Below are positions 54,064 to 64,000 of a DNA stretch of 64,000 nt, piece after piece. Position numbers and translations under genes: made by a program. Position 1 is the first letter of the stretch, and every line of letters starts with the position of its first letter. This DNA comes from Antechinus flavipes. Lineage: Eukaryota. The notes under the pieces were generated by a model. The model did not search any database, had not been told where the DNA came from, and saw nothing but the letters and a program-made list of their open reading frames with translations. Where the stretch lies: NCBI RefSeq assembly GCF_016432865.1, contig NC_067400.1, positions 79,422,001 through 79,486,000 of the forward strand, read 5' to 3'.

Positions 54064-54229
54064 AATACTATTTACTTTTTAAGAAACATGTTTGTATATA
54101 TATTGTCTCTAATGGTTTCTATATGGTTCATTATTTACATATGAGTATTAATAGCTGTGCAGTTTTAAAAATTGACAAGTTTTAATAAAAATAGCTATTG
54201 AGTTTTTCATGTTGTTTCCTTATTCAATT

Positions 54230-54550
54230 TACTGCTATTCTGATACTTCAAGACATTTCAACTCCTGCCTCCATGCCTCTGCCCAGGTTATCCCCCACAT
54301 ATTGAATACTTTCTTTCCTTATCACTGCCTATTAAATCTTCAATTTCTTCCAAAACTCTATGGAGGCATCTTTTCCTCCTTTCAAGTTAGTTTCTATTTA
54401 TTCTTCATAAAAGATTCATATACTTATCTATGCACAAGTCGTTTACTAAACTAAAATGTAAGTTCTTTACAGGCAAGAACTGTTTCATTTATATTTTTGT
54501 ATCCTGTGGCTAGCACATGGTAGGCACTCAATAAATGCTTGATGTTGAAC
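54230..54550 (+). mobile_element. L2 3' end
   Basis: aatgtaagttctttacaggcaagaactg...taggcactcaataaatgcttgatg. Confidence 0.75.
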
Positions 54551-54934
54551 TAAATTCTTCTTTACATGTAAAAGGAAAACATTTGGTTATTTGATTTTTT
54601 AAAAAATCCACTATGGCTTAGTTTGAAACTATAAAAGAGACACTGATTAATTAAAAGCACTTATTCAATGCCTATTATGTATATAAACAGATGATACATT
54701 AAAAATAGTAATATCTCTGCTCCATCAAAAAGAAGACTGATAGAGCCAGTCTAAAAAGATATGTACTGTCTAAGTTTGTTGCATGTGTGATTTATACTTT
54801 AGCTGAAGCTGCTACTCAGAAATCTGTGAACCATTCTATAGAAAAATTTTCATATCGACATTATATAAATTTTAGAAGTGATTCTTGACTTCTGAAAGCC
54901 AAGATTGCAAAATAAGCAGTAAATATCTACAACT

Positions 54935-57432
54935 CTCCCATATTCACTTCCAAATAATCATAAAAGAGCACCCCAAAATAAATTCTGGAACACCATAACA
55001 AGCAAAATGGTGGGGAGAAATAATCTTTGAGCCTAAGAAACTAGGAAGATTGGCAGAAAAAGGTCTGTATTACTTGGGTAAATGGGAAGCATTATTGAGG
55101 ACAGGAAGCATCCTGGCAAGCCAACAATAAGCCCCACCTTAGTAAACCAGGATCAGTAGATTCTGAGCCCCAGTAAAGTGGAACAAGCAAAAGCTAACCA
55201 CAGGACCCACCATGTGCCTCAGCATTGGCAGGGGAATGGGCTCTGAGAACCACCATTCATATGGGGCATTGGCCCCAGGAAAACAGGCAACCTCCAGCAG
55301 CAAGACATCAACATGCTTCATTGTATTCCAGAGGAAACATGCCCACTGGTCTCAGCACATGTCAAACACCAATCAGCATTAGGACCCTAGTAGCACCAGG
55401 TAAGTTGTCAGACTCCTGTAGCCTTCAGTAGTTTAGCCTACTCCCTCCCCATCAGTACAGCAGCAGATGTAAGAGTTCCTCATGGGTCTAAACAGCCAGG
55501 GCCTGCAACACCTGGCAAAAGAAGCCTGAGACATTGTCCTTTTCAGCTCAATACCAAAGCTCAAATTTGAGAAAGGAAAAAGGCCAAAAAAAAAAAAAAA
55601 AAGATGAGCAAAAAATAACAAAAAAGAATTTGTCCACAAAAATTTGTTAGGGTGACAGGGAAGACCAAATTCAGATAATATCAAAATCATTGAATTACCT
55701 GAAAGATATAATCAAAAGGAGAACCTGGACAGAATCTTTAAAGAAATTATTAAGGAAATTTTGAATATTATTAAGGAAAACTATTCTGATATCTTGGAAT
55801 CAGAGGACAAAATAGGCATTGAAAGAATCCCCCAATCATCTGAAGAAAAAGATCCCAAAATAAAAACTCCAAGGAACACCATATCCAAATTTTAGAACTA
55901 TCAGGTAAAGGAAAAAATCGAGGAAAAAAAATGGTGATAAAGGAATCATCCATGTACCAGGGAGCCACAATCAGGATTACACAGAATGTGGTAGCTTAAG
56001 CTTAAAGGACTGGCGATCATGGGATATAATATTCTAGAAGACAAAGGAGCTAGAAGTAAAATCTTACCCAGCTAAATGAAACATAATACATTAAGAGGAG
56101 AATGGTTATTCAATAAAAATAGAAGGATTTCAAGCTTTTATATGAAGACCAGAATTAAATTAAACATTTGATCTATAATATCAAGACTCAAAAGAATCAT
56201 AAACAAGTTAAAAAAGGAATAAAAAACATACAGTATTCAGCAGAGTCACATTGTTTGCATCCCAACATGGGAAGATGATGTTTGTAATTCTTAAGAACTG
56301 TATCATTAATAATATAACTAAAAGGATATGTATATTTATATATAGAGGATATGGGTATGAGGTAAATTTGAGTTGGCAGACAGAAGCAAAACACTAATGA
56401 GGAGGGAAAGAGTGAGAGAGAAAAAAAGCAGGAAGAAAAATAGAATAGGGAGAAATAGACAGTAATCAAAACTGTGAATGTGAATGAGATAAATTCTTCC
56501 ATAAAACAAGTGGATAGCAATCAAAACCAGAATCCTACAATAAGGTATTTATAAGAAACATAGTTAAAGTAGAGAGATAAAGCATAAATGTAAGAGGTTG
56601 GAGCAGAATCTATTAAGCTCTAGCTGAAATTTTTTTAAAAAGTGTTAATCCTGATAATAAAGTAAAAGCAAAATTCAACCAAATTAAACAAGATAAGGCT
56701 GGAAAATATATCTTGCTAAAAAGTACCATAGATAATGAAGCAACATCAATACTAAACATATATTCACCAAGTGGTATAGCATTTGAATTCTTAAAGGAGA
56801 AATTAAGTGAGTTAAAGGAAGAAATAGACAATAAAACTACACTAATGAGACCTCAATTGTCCCCTTTTAGGACTTGAGAAACCCAATCTAAAAAAACAGG
56901 AAAGCAAGTAAATAGAATATCAGAAAAGGTAGTTATGACCTTTGGAGAAAACTGAATGGGAACAGAAAGGTATATATCTTTTTCTCAGCAGCACATGTCC
57001 CTTACAGAAAACCTGAGCATATGTTAAAGTATAAAACCCTCAAAATCAAATGTAGAAAGGCAGAAATAGTCAATGTATTCTTTTTTAATTATCATGTAAT
57101 AAAATTACATTCAACAAAAGCCAGTGGAAAGTTAGCATAAAATTAATTGGAAACTAAATAATCTAATGCTAAAGAATAACTAAGGTGAAGAACAAATCAT
57201 AGAAACAATCAATAATTTCATTAAAGAGAATGACAACAATGAGACAATATGGCAAAATTTATGGGATGCAGCCAAAGTAATATTTGAGGGAATTTATTTC
57301 CCACATCAATAAAATAGAAGAACAGATTAATGAATTTGGCATACAACTTTAAAAAAATATAACTAGAAAAAAAATTGAAAATTCCCAATTGAGCATCAAA
57401 TTGGAAATCTTAAAACTCAAAGTTGAGATTTG
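54935..57432 (+). mobile_element. Old L1 5' half: 5'UTR, internally deleted ORF1, spacer, ORF2 endonuclease; 3'-truncated
   Basis: ORF1 start atgagcaaa at 55604. RRM/CTD remnants (EIIKENYSDILE..IERI, YQGATIRITQ). EN remnants (TVNVNEINSSIK, ILNIYSPSGIA, LWDAAKVI), ending at KLEILKLKVEI. Confidence 0.88.
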
Positions 57433-57475
57433 ATTTTCCATATCAAGGAAACTCTGTGTCCCGAATCTTAGAAAG

Positions 57476-57710
57476 GAGCAGCTAAGTGATACTGTAGATA
57501 AAGCTTTGAACCTGGAATCAGGAAGACTAATCTTGAATTCAAATCTGATCTTAAATACTTACTAGCTGTCTGACCCTGGGCAAGTCCCCTAACAGCTTCT
57601 TCATTTGTAAATGAGAAGGAAATGGCAACCTATTCCCGTACCTTTTACCAAGAAAAAGCCAAAAAGAGTCATGAAGAGCTGGACACCACTGAAAAATGAC
57701 TAAAACAACA
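57476..57710 (+). mobile_element. MAR1-type CORE-SINE
   Basis: gagcagctaagtgatactgtagataaagc...gagaaggaaatggcaacc...actgaaaaatgactaaaacaaca. Confidence 0.85.
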
Positions 57711-59524
57711 TTTCCAAATTATATCATACATAGAATATTACATGCTCAGTTGGAAGGAGTCTTATTTCAGGATAGAGGGACTAAATGACTTGCTCAAAGT
57801 CAAAAGTACTCTTTTTATGGTATTCCAGTGCCCTGCATCCAGCAAGCAACATATTCCATTTACTCTAGTAGGTTTATTTCTCAATGTAAATTAATGATTT
57901 GCATTTTGATTCATCTATCAGTCTCCTGTAAATTTGTTTAAGATGAATTTGAGTTTACCAGGGCCTATACTGTTCAATGAAATAATATTAAGTATCACAC
58001 ACATACATATATATACACACGTATCTTTCTTACCTTCTAACTAGACTACCCCTCAATAAAGAAAAGACAACAAGCTTCCAATCTTGGAAAGTGTTTTAGT
58101 TAGTTATGCAAATGGAAAGGAAGTTACTTGCATAAGTACAAGTGCAATTAAGTGATAAGTAAAATAATCCAAACAGTGAAATCCATTAATAGGTACTTCT
58201 GAGACATTTAGACCTCTAAGACTTGGCTTTAATGAAGCCAGCTAGACAGCAAAGGAGACCTAGTTCCCATTTGGACAAAGATTTGTTTAACCTGCTTATC
58301 TGAAGTTAAAGCCAACAATACTAATGGTTTCTCATGGCCCCAAAATTGTGTTCAGCTCTGAGTAGAACCAATTAGCCCTCTTTTGTCTAAAAGCACCATT
58401 CCTTATCTATATGTGAATTTTCACATAAGAACAATTTCCCCCATCCATATAATCTGTGCTCCAAAAAAAAAAAAAGAAAAAGAAAAAGAATTGATGTTTC
58501 CTATATAATAATTATCAATAAAAAGCTCCTGATTATATAAGCCTTATTCCTTTTTCTTAATAGTTACCATCTATTAGAAGCCATTCAGAATGCAGCACAC
58601 TTCCCAAGATGCAGCCTGGACCATCTTCTCTACTCATCTCAAACCTTTACTTCCCCCCTGCCCCAGGATTTTTACTTATAATTTCATAGATATCAGCAGT
58701 CAGAAAATGTCACATAGCTAGATTTTATTTTTTTCATTTGCAAATAACAGAAGAATCATGGGAATCATAATACAGTGTGATACCCCATTATCTTCCTCAT
58801 CTTTGCTTTAATTAAAGAGATGTAATCTTTGTTCTAAATTTAATTCTATCTAACTTATATTTTCAACATATCTATAACATTAAAGAGTTCACATTGTTTA
58901 AGATTGTTATACAGGAATCTGAATGAATATCATCTCTGGCTATGAGATAAACTTTGAATTGTATTTCAAAACTTCAGTGATGCTTTTCTTGGTTACTAAA
59001 ATGCAGCCAACTTGGTTTTCAAGTTAATGATAATTTCTTGGCTAATATATTGGGATGAAGTGTTTTCAAGAACCAATTATATGAGCAGGATTTAATGGGT
59101 CTGTCTTCATGCTTATTTACTTTTACTAATGCATATTTGTCACAATACACTCTGATCTACAGTGTTTCATTTAGTTTATCACCAAATCCCCAATGATCAG
59201 CATTTTACATTTTTTTTGGCAGTGTATTAAGGATTGCTTACAGTTGACTCCAAAGCATTTCAAAGTAAATACTCTTTGTTGCTAGAGGAGGACAGAAGCT
59301 TGAATGATGGTTGTGTTCACCAGAGTTTAGTGAAGATCCCAAATGACAGCCTGTCTGCAATTTAGTCTTAACTTAGTTTGATTAATTAGCTACTGCTGAT
59401 GCTACATAAAATATGGTTGTGTCCTTTTATATTATGGCATTAGAGAAAACATTTTAAATCAAGCTAGAGATGAAATAAATTTAAGGTTCTTGATTTACAT
59501 AATACATTCAAGAATTTTTCCCAA

Positions 59525-60080
59525 CTGAAGCAAGTGATGATTGCTGAAGCATTCAATTCAGTACTTATTAATCACCTACTACCCAAGTATACAAAAAATT
59601 AAAAATGATATTGTCATTAAACTCAATCCTTAGATTGATATAAAGTATAAGATAAAGATATAAGGTAGGTACATGATAAGGATAAGAAAGGACTCAAAAA
59701 CCTAGAATAAATTTGCCAAGGAAGTAATCCCTTTCAACTAAAGAAATGAGGGCAACTTCATGGAGATTCCCATCCTTGAAAAAAAAAATTTCAATAGGTG
59801 GAGATGGGGGGGGGGAAACATATTTGAAGAATGAAATCAGTTTCTATGAATAAAAAATTCATTCTATGAATAAAACAAAGAAATCATGAAAGGATGGGAT
59901 ATTAGAATGCCTAAGTCATCCAATTGACTGGAACATGGACTGTGGAAATGGAAATAAAGGTAAGTAGAATAAGGTTCAGTTCAACTCAGTGAACATTTAT
60001 TAAACATACTAAATACAGTGTAGAAGGTCCCAAAGACATCAATCCAAACAAGGTATTAATGTCTGTCACAAAGAGATTAT
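59525..60080 (-). mobile_element. L2 fragments
   Basis: cattcaattcagtacttattaatcacctact and ttcagttcaactcagtgaacatttattaaaca reverse tails. Confidence 0.55.
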
Positions 60081-60141
60081 ATTTACTGGCCTGTGAAACT
60101 TTAAATGCCAATCTGAGGAGTTGATATTTTATCCATTAGGT

Positions 60142-60278
60142 CAGGGGGTTTGCCAATTACAACTGGAGAGCCAATAACTGCCTCTCTCTCTTTTTATTCT
60201 ATAGCCCAACTTTATTTAAAAAATGTAAAAAACATTCAGTTTGCCAATAGATGGCAGACTTTAGTTTATTGACCCCTA
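60142..60278. mobile_element. hAT-Charlie MITE (MER58/MER45-like)
   Basis: TIRs cagggggtttgccaattac / tagtttattgacccct(a), 8-bp TSD cattaggt / aactaggc. Confidence 0.7.
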
Positions 60279-60419
60279 AACTAGGCAATGGAAGTAAATA
60301 AAGATTTAAAAAATGGATATTTATGGATATCTTTTATTTTTATATTGTTTTGTATTTCACACTCTTTTTTTCCTAGAGAGTTATCCCCTGATGATAAACA
60401 ACTTATTTATTTATTTTAA

Positions 60420-60993
60420 AAAAGTTTTTTTTCTTATTTTTAAAAATTAAAGCTGTTCATATTCAAAACATATACATTATTTTAAAACATTCACTCTTAT
60501 AAAATCTTGTGTTCCAAAATTTTTTTCCTTTTCTTCCCCCAACCCCCTTCCCTAGATGGCAAATAATCCAATATGTTAAACATGTGCAATTCTTCTATAC
60601 ATATTTCCACAATTATCATAGTGCAGAAGAAAAATCAGATCAAAAAGGAAAAAAAAATGAGAAAGAAAACAAAAAGCAAGCAGTTCCCACAGTCCTCTCT
60701 CTGGGGGCAGATGGCTCTCTCCATTACAAAAGCATTGGAACTGGCCTGAATCATCTCATTGTTGAAAAGAGCCACATCCATCAGAACTGATCATCATAAT
60801 AATCTTGCTGTTACTATGTACAACGGTCTCGTGGTTCTACTCACTTCACGTAGCATCAGTTCATATAAATCTCTCCAGGCCTCTCTGAAATCATCCTACT
60901 GCTCATTTCTTACAGAACATAATATTCTAACATTCATATATTACAACTTATTCAACCATTCTTTAATTGATGGGACGTCACTCAGTTTCCAGT
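60420..60993 (-). mobile_element. 5'-truncated L1 3' end (same type as 26848-27752)
   Basis: Shares the 3'UTR with the 26.8 kb copy (catatttccacaattatcat...gaaaaatcagatcaaaaaggaaaa). Confidence 0.88.
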
Positions 60994-61230
60994 AAAGACT
61001 TTTTTTAAATGAGAAAGAAAATAAAATTCAGAAAAAACAATCAACATGTCAGAAAAGTTTGAAATATTATGCAGTATCCCAAACCCTTGATTCCTGATCT
61101 CTCCAAAGGTATGTGAGCAAGTAGCATCACATGACTGTTTTTTGGAACTATGTTTGTTCTTTATAATTATGCAATAGTCACTTTCCATTGTTTTGTGTGG
61201 CTATTATTTCTTCTTTTTATAATGTTGCTA
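60994..61230 (-). mobile_element. Older L1 3'UTR remnant
   Basis: tgtttgttctttataattatgcaatagtcactttccattgttttg resembles an old marsupial L1 3'UTR. Confidence 0.5.
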
Positions 61231-61264
61231 TACACACATTACATATCTATATTATATGTACACA

Positions 61265-61350
61265 GTGCATGCATGTGTATATATGATATACGTATACATA
61301 CACACACATACACACACAAACACACATATATATATAATACACACACATAC
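61265..61350. repeat. (TA)/(CA) compound microsatellite
   Basis: Direct reading. Confidence 0.85.
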
Positions 61351-63864
61351 ACAGAAAGAAAGAGAGCTCCTATGGGACTTTTCCTTTTTAAATTTGTATT
61401 CCTAGCAGTTAGCACAGTGTATGGCACAGATTAGGCACTGAATCAATACTTTCTGATTGAGACCAGAAAATAAATGTGCTAAGATTTTAGAACAGAGTTT
61501 TAAGGCTACTTTACACATGAAAGTTTGGAAAGAGGAAGTTGAATAACTGAAGAAGATGAAAGGAGGTGCAGTCAGACACATAAGAAGGAAGTTGAGGGAG
61601 GCTAAAGAAGAAGGAGATAATAATGTCAGATATCATGGAGCGGCCAAAGATAATGATGACTAAAAAGAGGCACACAACTTCATTAGATTCAGTATAAAAT
61701 GTATCTGTTACTCTTTATTAACTAAAGTTAATCAGTGCTTCCATCTTCATCTGTGGAGTAAAACAATTTCTAAATAAGACATTATAGTTGGCTCATACAA
61801 ATTATAATGAAATTAAAGTCAAGTCAAAGAATAATAATAGCTCACATTTACATAAAGTTTTTAAGTTTGTGAAATTCATTCCTAATAAGTCTAGAAAAGG
61901 CTGTAACTTTAACCTAATTCAAATAAGGTCATACTACAACATCTACTCTTTCTATACATTTGCCCACATTTTCTCCATTTTTTTTTATCCATCCAAATTT
62001 GACCAATCTTTTGAATACTCAGTTCCAATATCATCTCTACAATGAAACCATCAATAGGCTTTAGTTAGGGACCACATTGACTTCTCTTACTGTTTCCTTC
62101 TTTCCTTAATATTTATTCCACATGATTTAGTCCACCTTTTTCCCACTAATTTTCTGTGTCTTTAAGATTGATAATAAGTTCCATAAATAAAGGGGTTATA
62201 CCTTTTATTCTTGTTCATTCTCCCAGTGCACAGATGTAAGTATTTCACTCAACAGCTGCAGATAGCAACTCCTCCATGCCTTAGTAAATCATTTTCTTCT
62301 TTCCCACACTGAATGCCTGGCAACCAATCTTCTGGGGATTATTTTTACAATTTAGCTAGCCCCATTCTCAGATAACAGATAGTAATAGTAGTATTAAGGA
62401 AGTTTTCCATCTTGGTAGGACCAATGAGAATTAATGGCTTGCTGGAATAACCTTTGAGAAGCTAGGGACTCTTTCAATACTTTAGAACAGAAATATGAAT
62501 ATAGTAAGTGTTTAATAAACAGATGCTGATCACTTATTGAGCAAAGGAGTATCTCTAAATCTCTCTGTCTTTTCCTAATATTTAGAATTATATGGGTATA
62601 AAATCCTAGAGAACATGGCTATACCTGAAAAGTAGGAAATTGTGGAATTTACAGTGTGTAAAATCTGGGGTACATATTTGTAAGAGCCTAGGATTTTGAC
62701 TTCTCCTGGGTTGTGGGGTGGCCCCTTGGAAAAATACCTGCAGATGTTCTAACTCTTAGGAGAAATGTATTACCTAACCTTTGGGGTCATTAAGGTTGAG
62801 GATGGGCCTCATTTTGTTGAAAACACATTTAATAGCCCCATGTGAAAGGGGAATGCTGTTATGGAGACCATTAAGAGATATCATTGCTATTCCCTTGTAT
62901 TCTCTCTACGGCATTATGAAAGCCACACATGCAATATAAATCAATTGGGAAAGCACCATTCTTTCCCTTCTTTTTCTGAATTCAAATTCTTCAACTAGAA
63001 GCAGAAGCTTAAGAACTAAACATGAATTCCTTTATTACCAAAGGGCTGAATCAGTAATTTAATATGCAGTTAAGCCAAAAGTCATGTTGTGAGGAGGTGG
63101 AGAGAAGATGGGAATACAGAAGAATTTACTTCTTGAAACTACAGAGCAGCAGATAAGCCACTGGGAAAATTATAAGAGGGTAAGTTGTTTATGATACTGA
63201 TAATGAAGATGAATCAGTTAATTGTATTTCTCGTCTATAGTTTTGGCATGGATTTGTTAGCTGGAAAACTAAATTCATTTTCCTTTAATAATTACACTGG
63301 GCTGGTGTCTCATCATCATCATGTCTACCCAAAACCTCCCTGCAATTTATAGTAGTCAAGATGCATTTCCTCTTCCAGATTCTGTGAAATTTCCTTGTTC
63401 AATTGTATTTCAGATATGGACACATTCTATTTTTTAGGTATGTAAGAATCTGATCAATATATATTTAATAAACACATATTTTATTTCCTTCAAATCACAG
63501 TTCAAAAGATATTAACAAAAAACATTTGCAATTCTGCAAGCTACAAACTCATGGTCATGAAATATCAGAGCTAGAAGAGATCTCAGTGTTCACCCAGTTG
63601 AGTATTTTCAAACTGCTGTTAGGCAGATTGGTTCTGAGTTATAGCAAATTTATACTGGTTATTAGAAATGCTTATTATCAAAGATCTTCTTAAAATGAAT
63701 TAAAATAAAATTTGATTTATCTCCCTTACCTTCCCCACTCCCCACCCCCCACCCTCCATTCTCCATTGGCTAACAGTTGTCACAAAAGATGAAGATAATG
63801 TGGAAAAAAATTTAGATATTTTATCCATTTGCTGTATAGTTGGGATTAGGAAACATTGATTTCA

Positions 63865-63960
63865 ACCGAACTTTATTTTACAGATGAGAAAACTGAGGCC
63901 CAGGGAAGTTATATAAATCACCTAGGCCACCCAGCTAATAAGGGCTCTAAATGTCAGCCC
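63865..63960 (-). mobile_element. MIR SINE
   Basis: ttacagatgagaaaactgaggcccaggga. Confidence 0.75.
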
Positions 63961-64000
63961 AAGTTTACAACAAATTTCAAATATTCTTTGTCACCAAAAT

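Overview
AT-rich intronic DNA from an Australian marsupial, most likely a dasyurid. This is inferred from WSINE1-type and MAR1 CORE-SINEs, abundant L2/MIR and marsupial-type L1. The only host coding sequence I can support is two adjacent minus-strand exons of the polarity scaffold PARD3B (15798-16004 and 14776-15013). Both have canonical AG/GT sites and compatible phases and are separated by a 784-bp intron. The flanking PARD3B exons were not found and probably lie outside the window. The rest is layered transposon sequence: a 5'-truncated L1 with a perfect TSD and an open ORF2 C-terminus, an old twin-primed L1, an old 5'-half L1, two decayed RTE-clade LINEs, five WSINE1s with TSDs in various states, hAT MITEs, L2/MIR fragments and a 135-N gap. 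I did not find a convincing novel multi-gene system. The best leads are a possible alternative C-terminus past the second exon's donor, young retroposon insertions, a cryptic G-rich exon candidate and candidate enhancers. Repeat family names come from memory of consensus sequences and most repeat boundaries are approximate.
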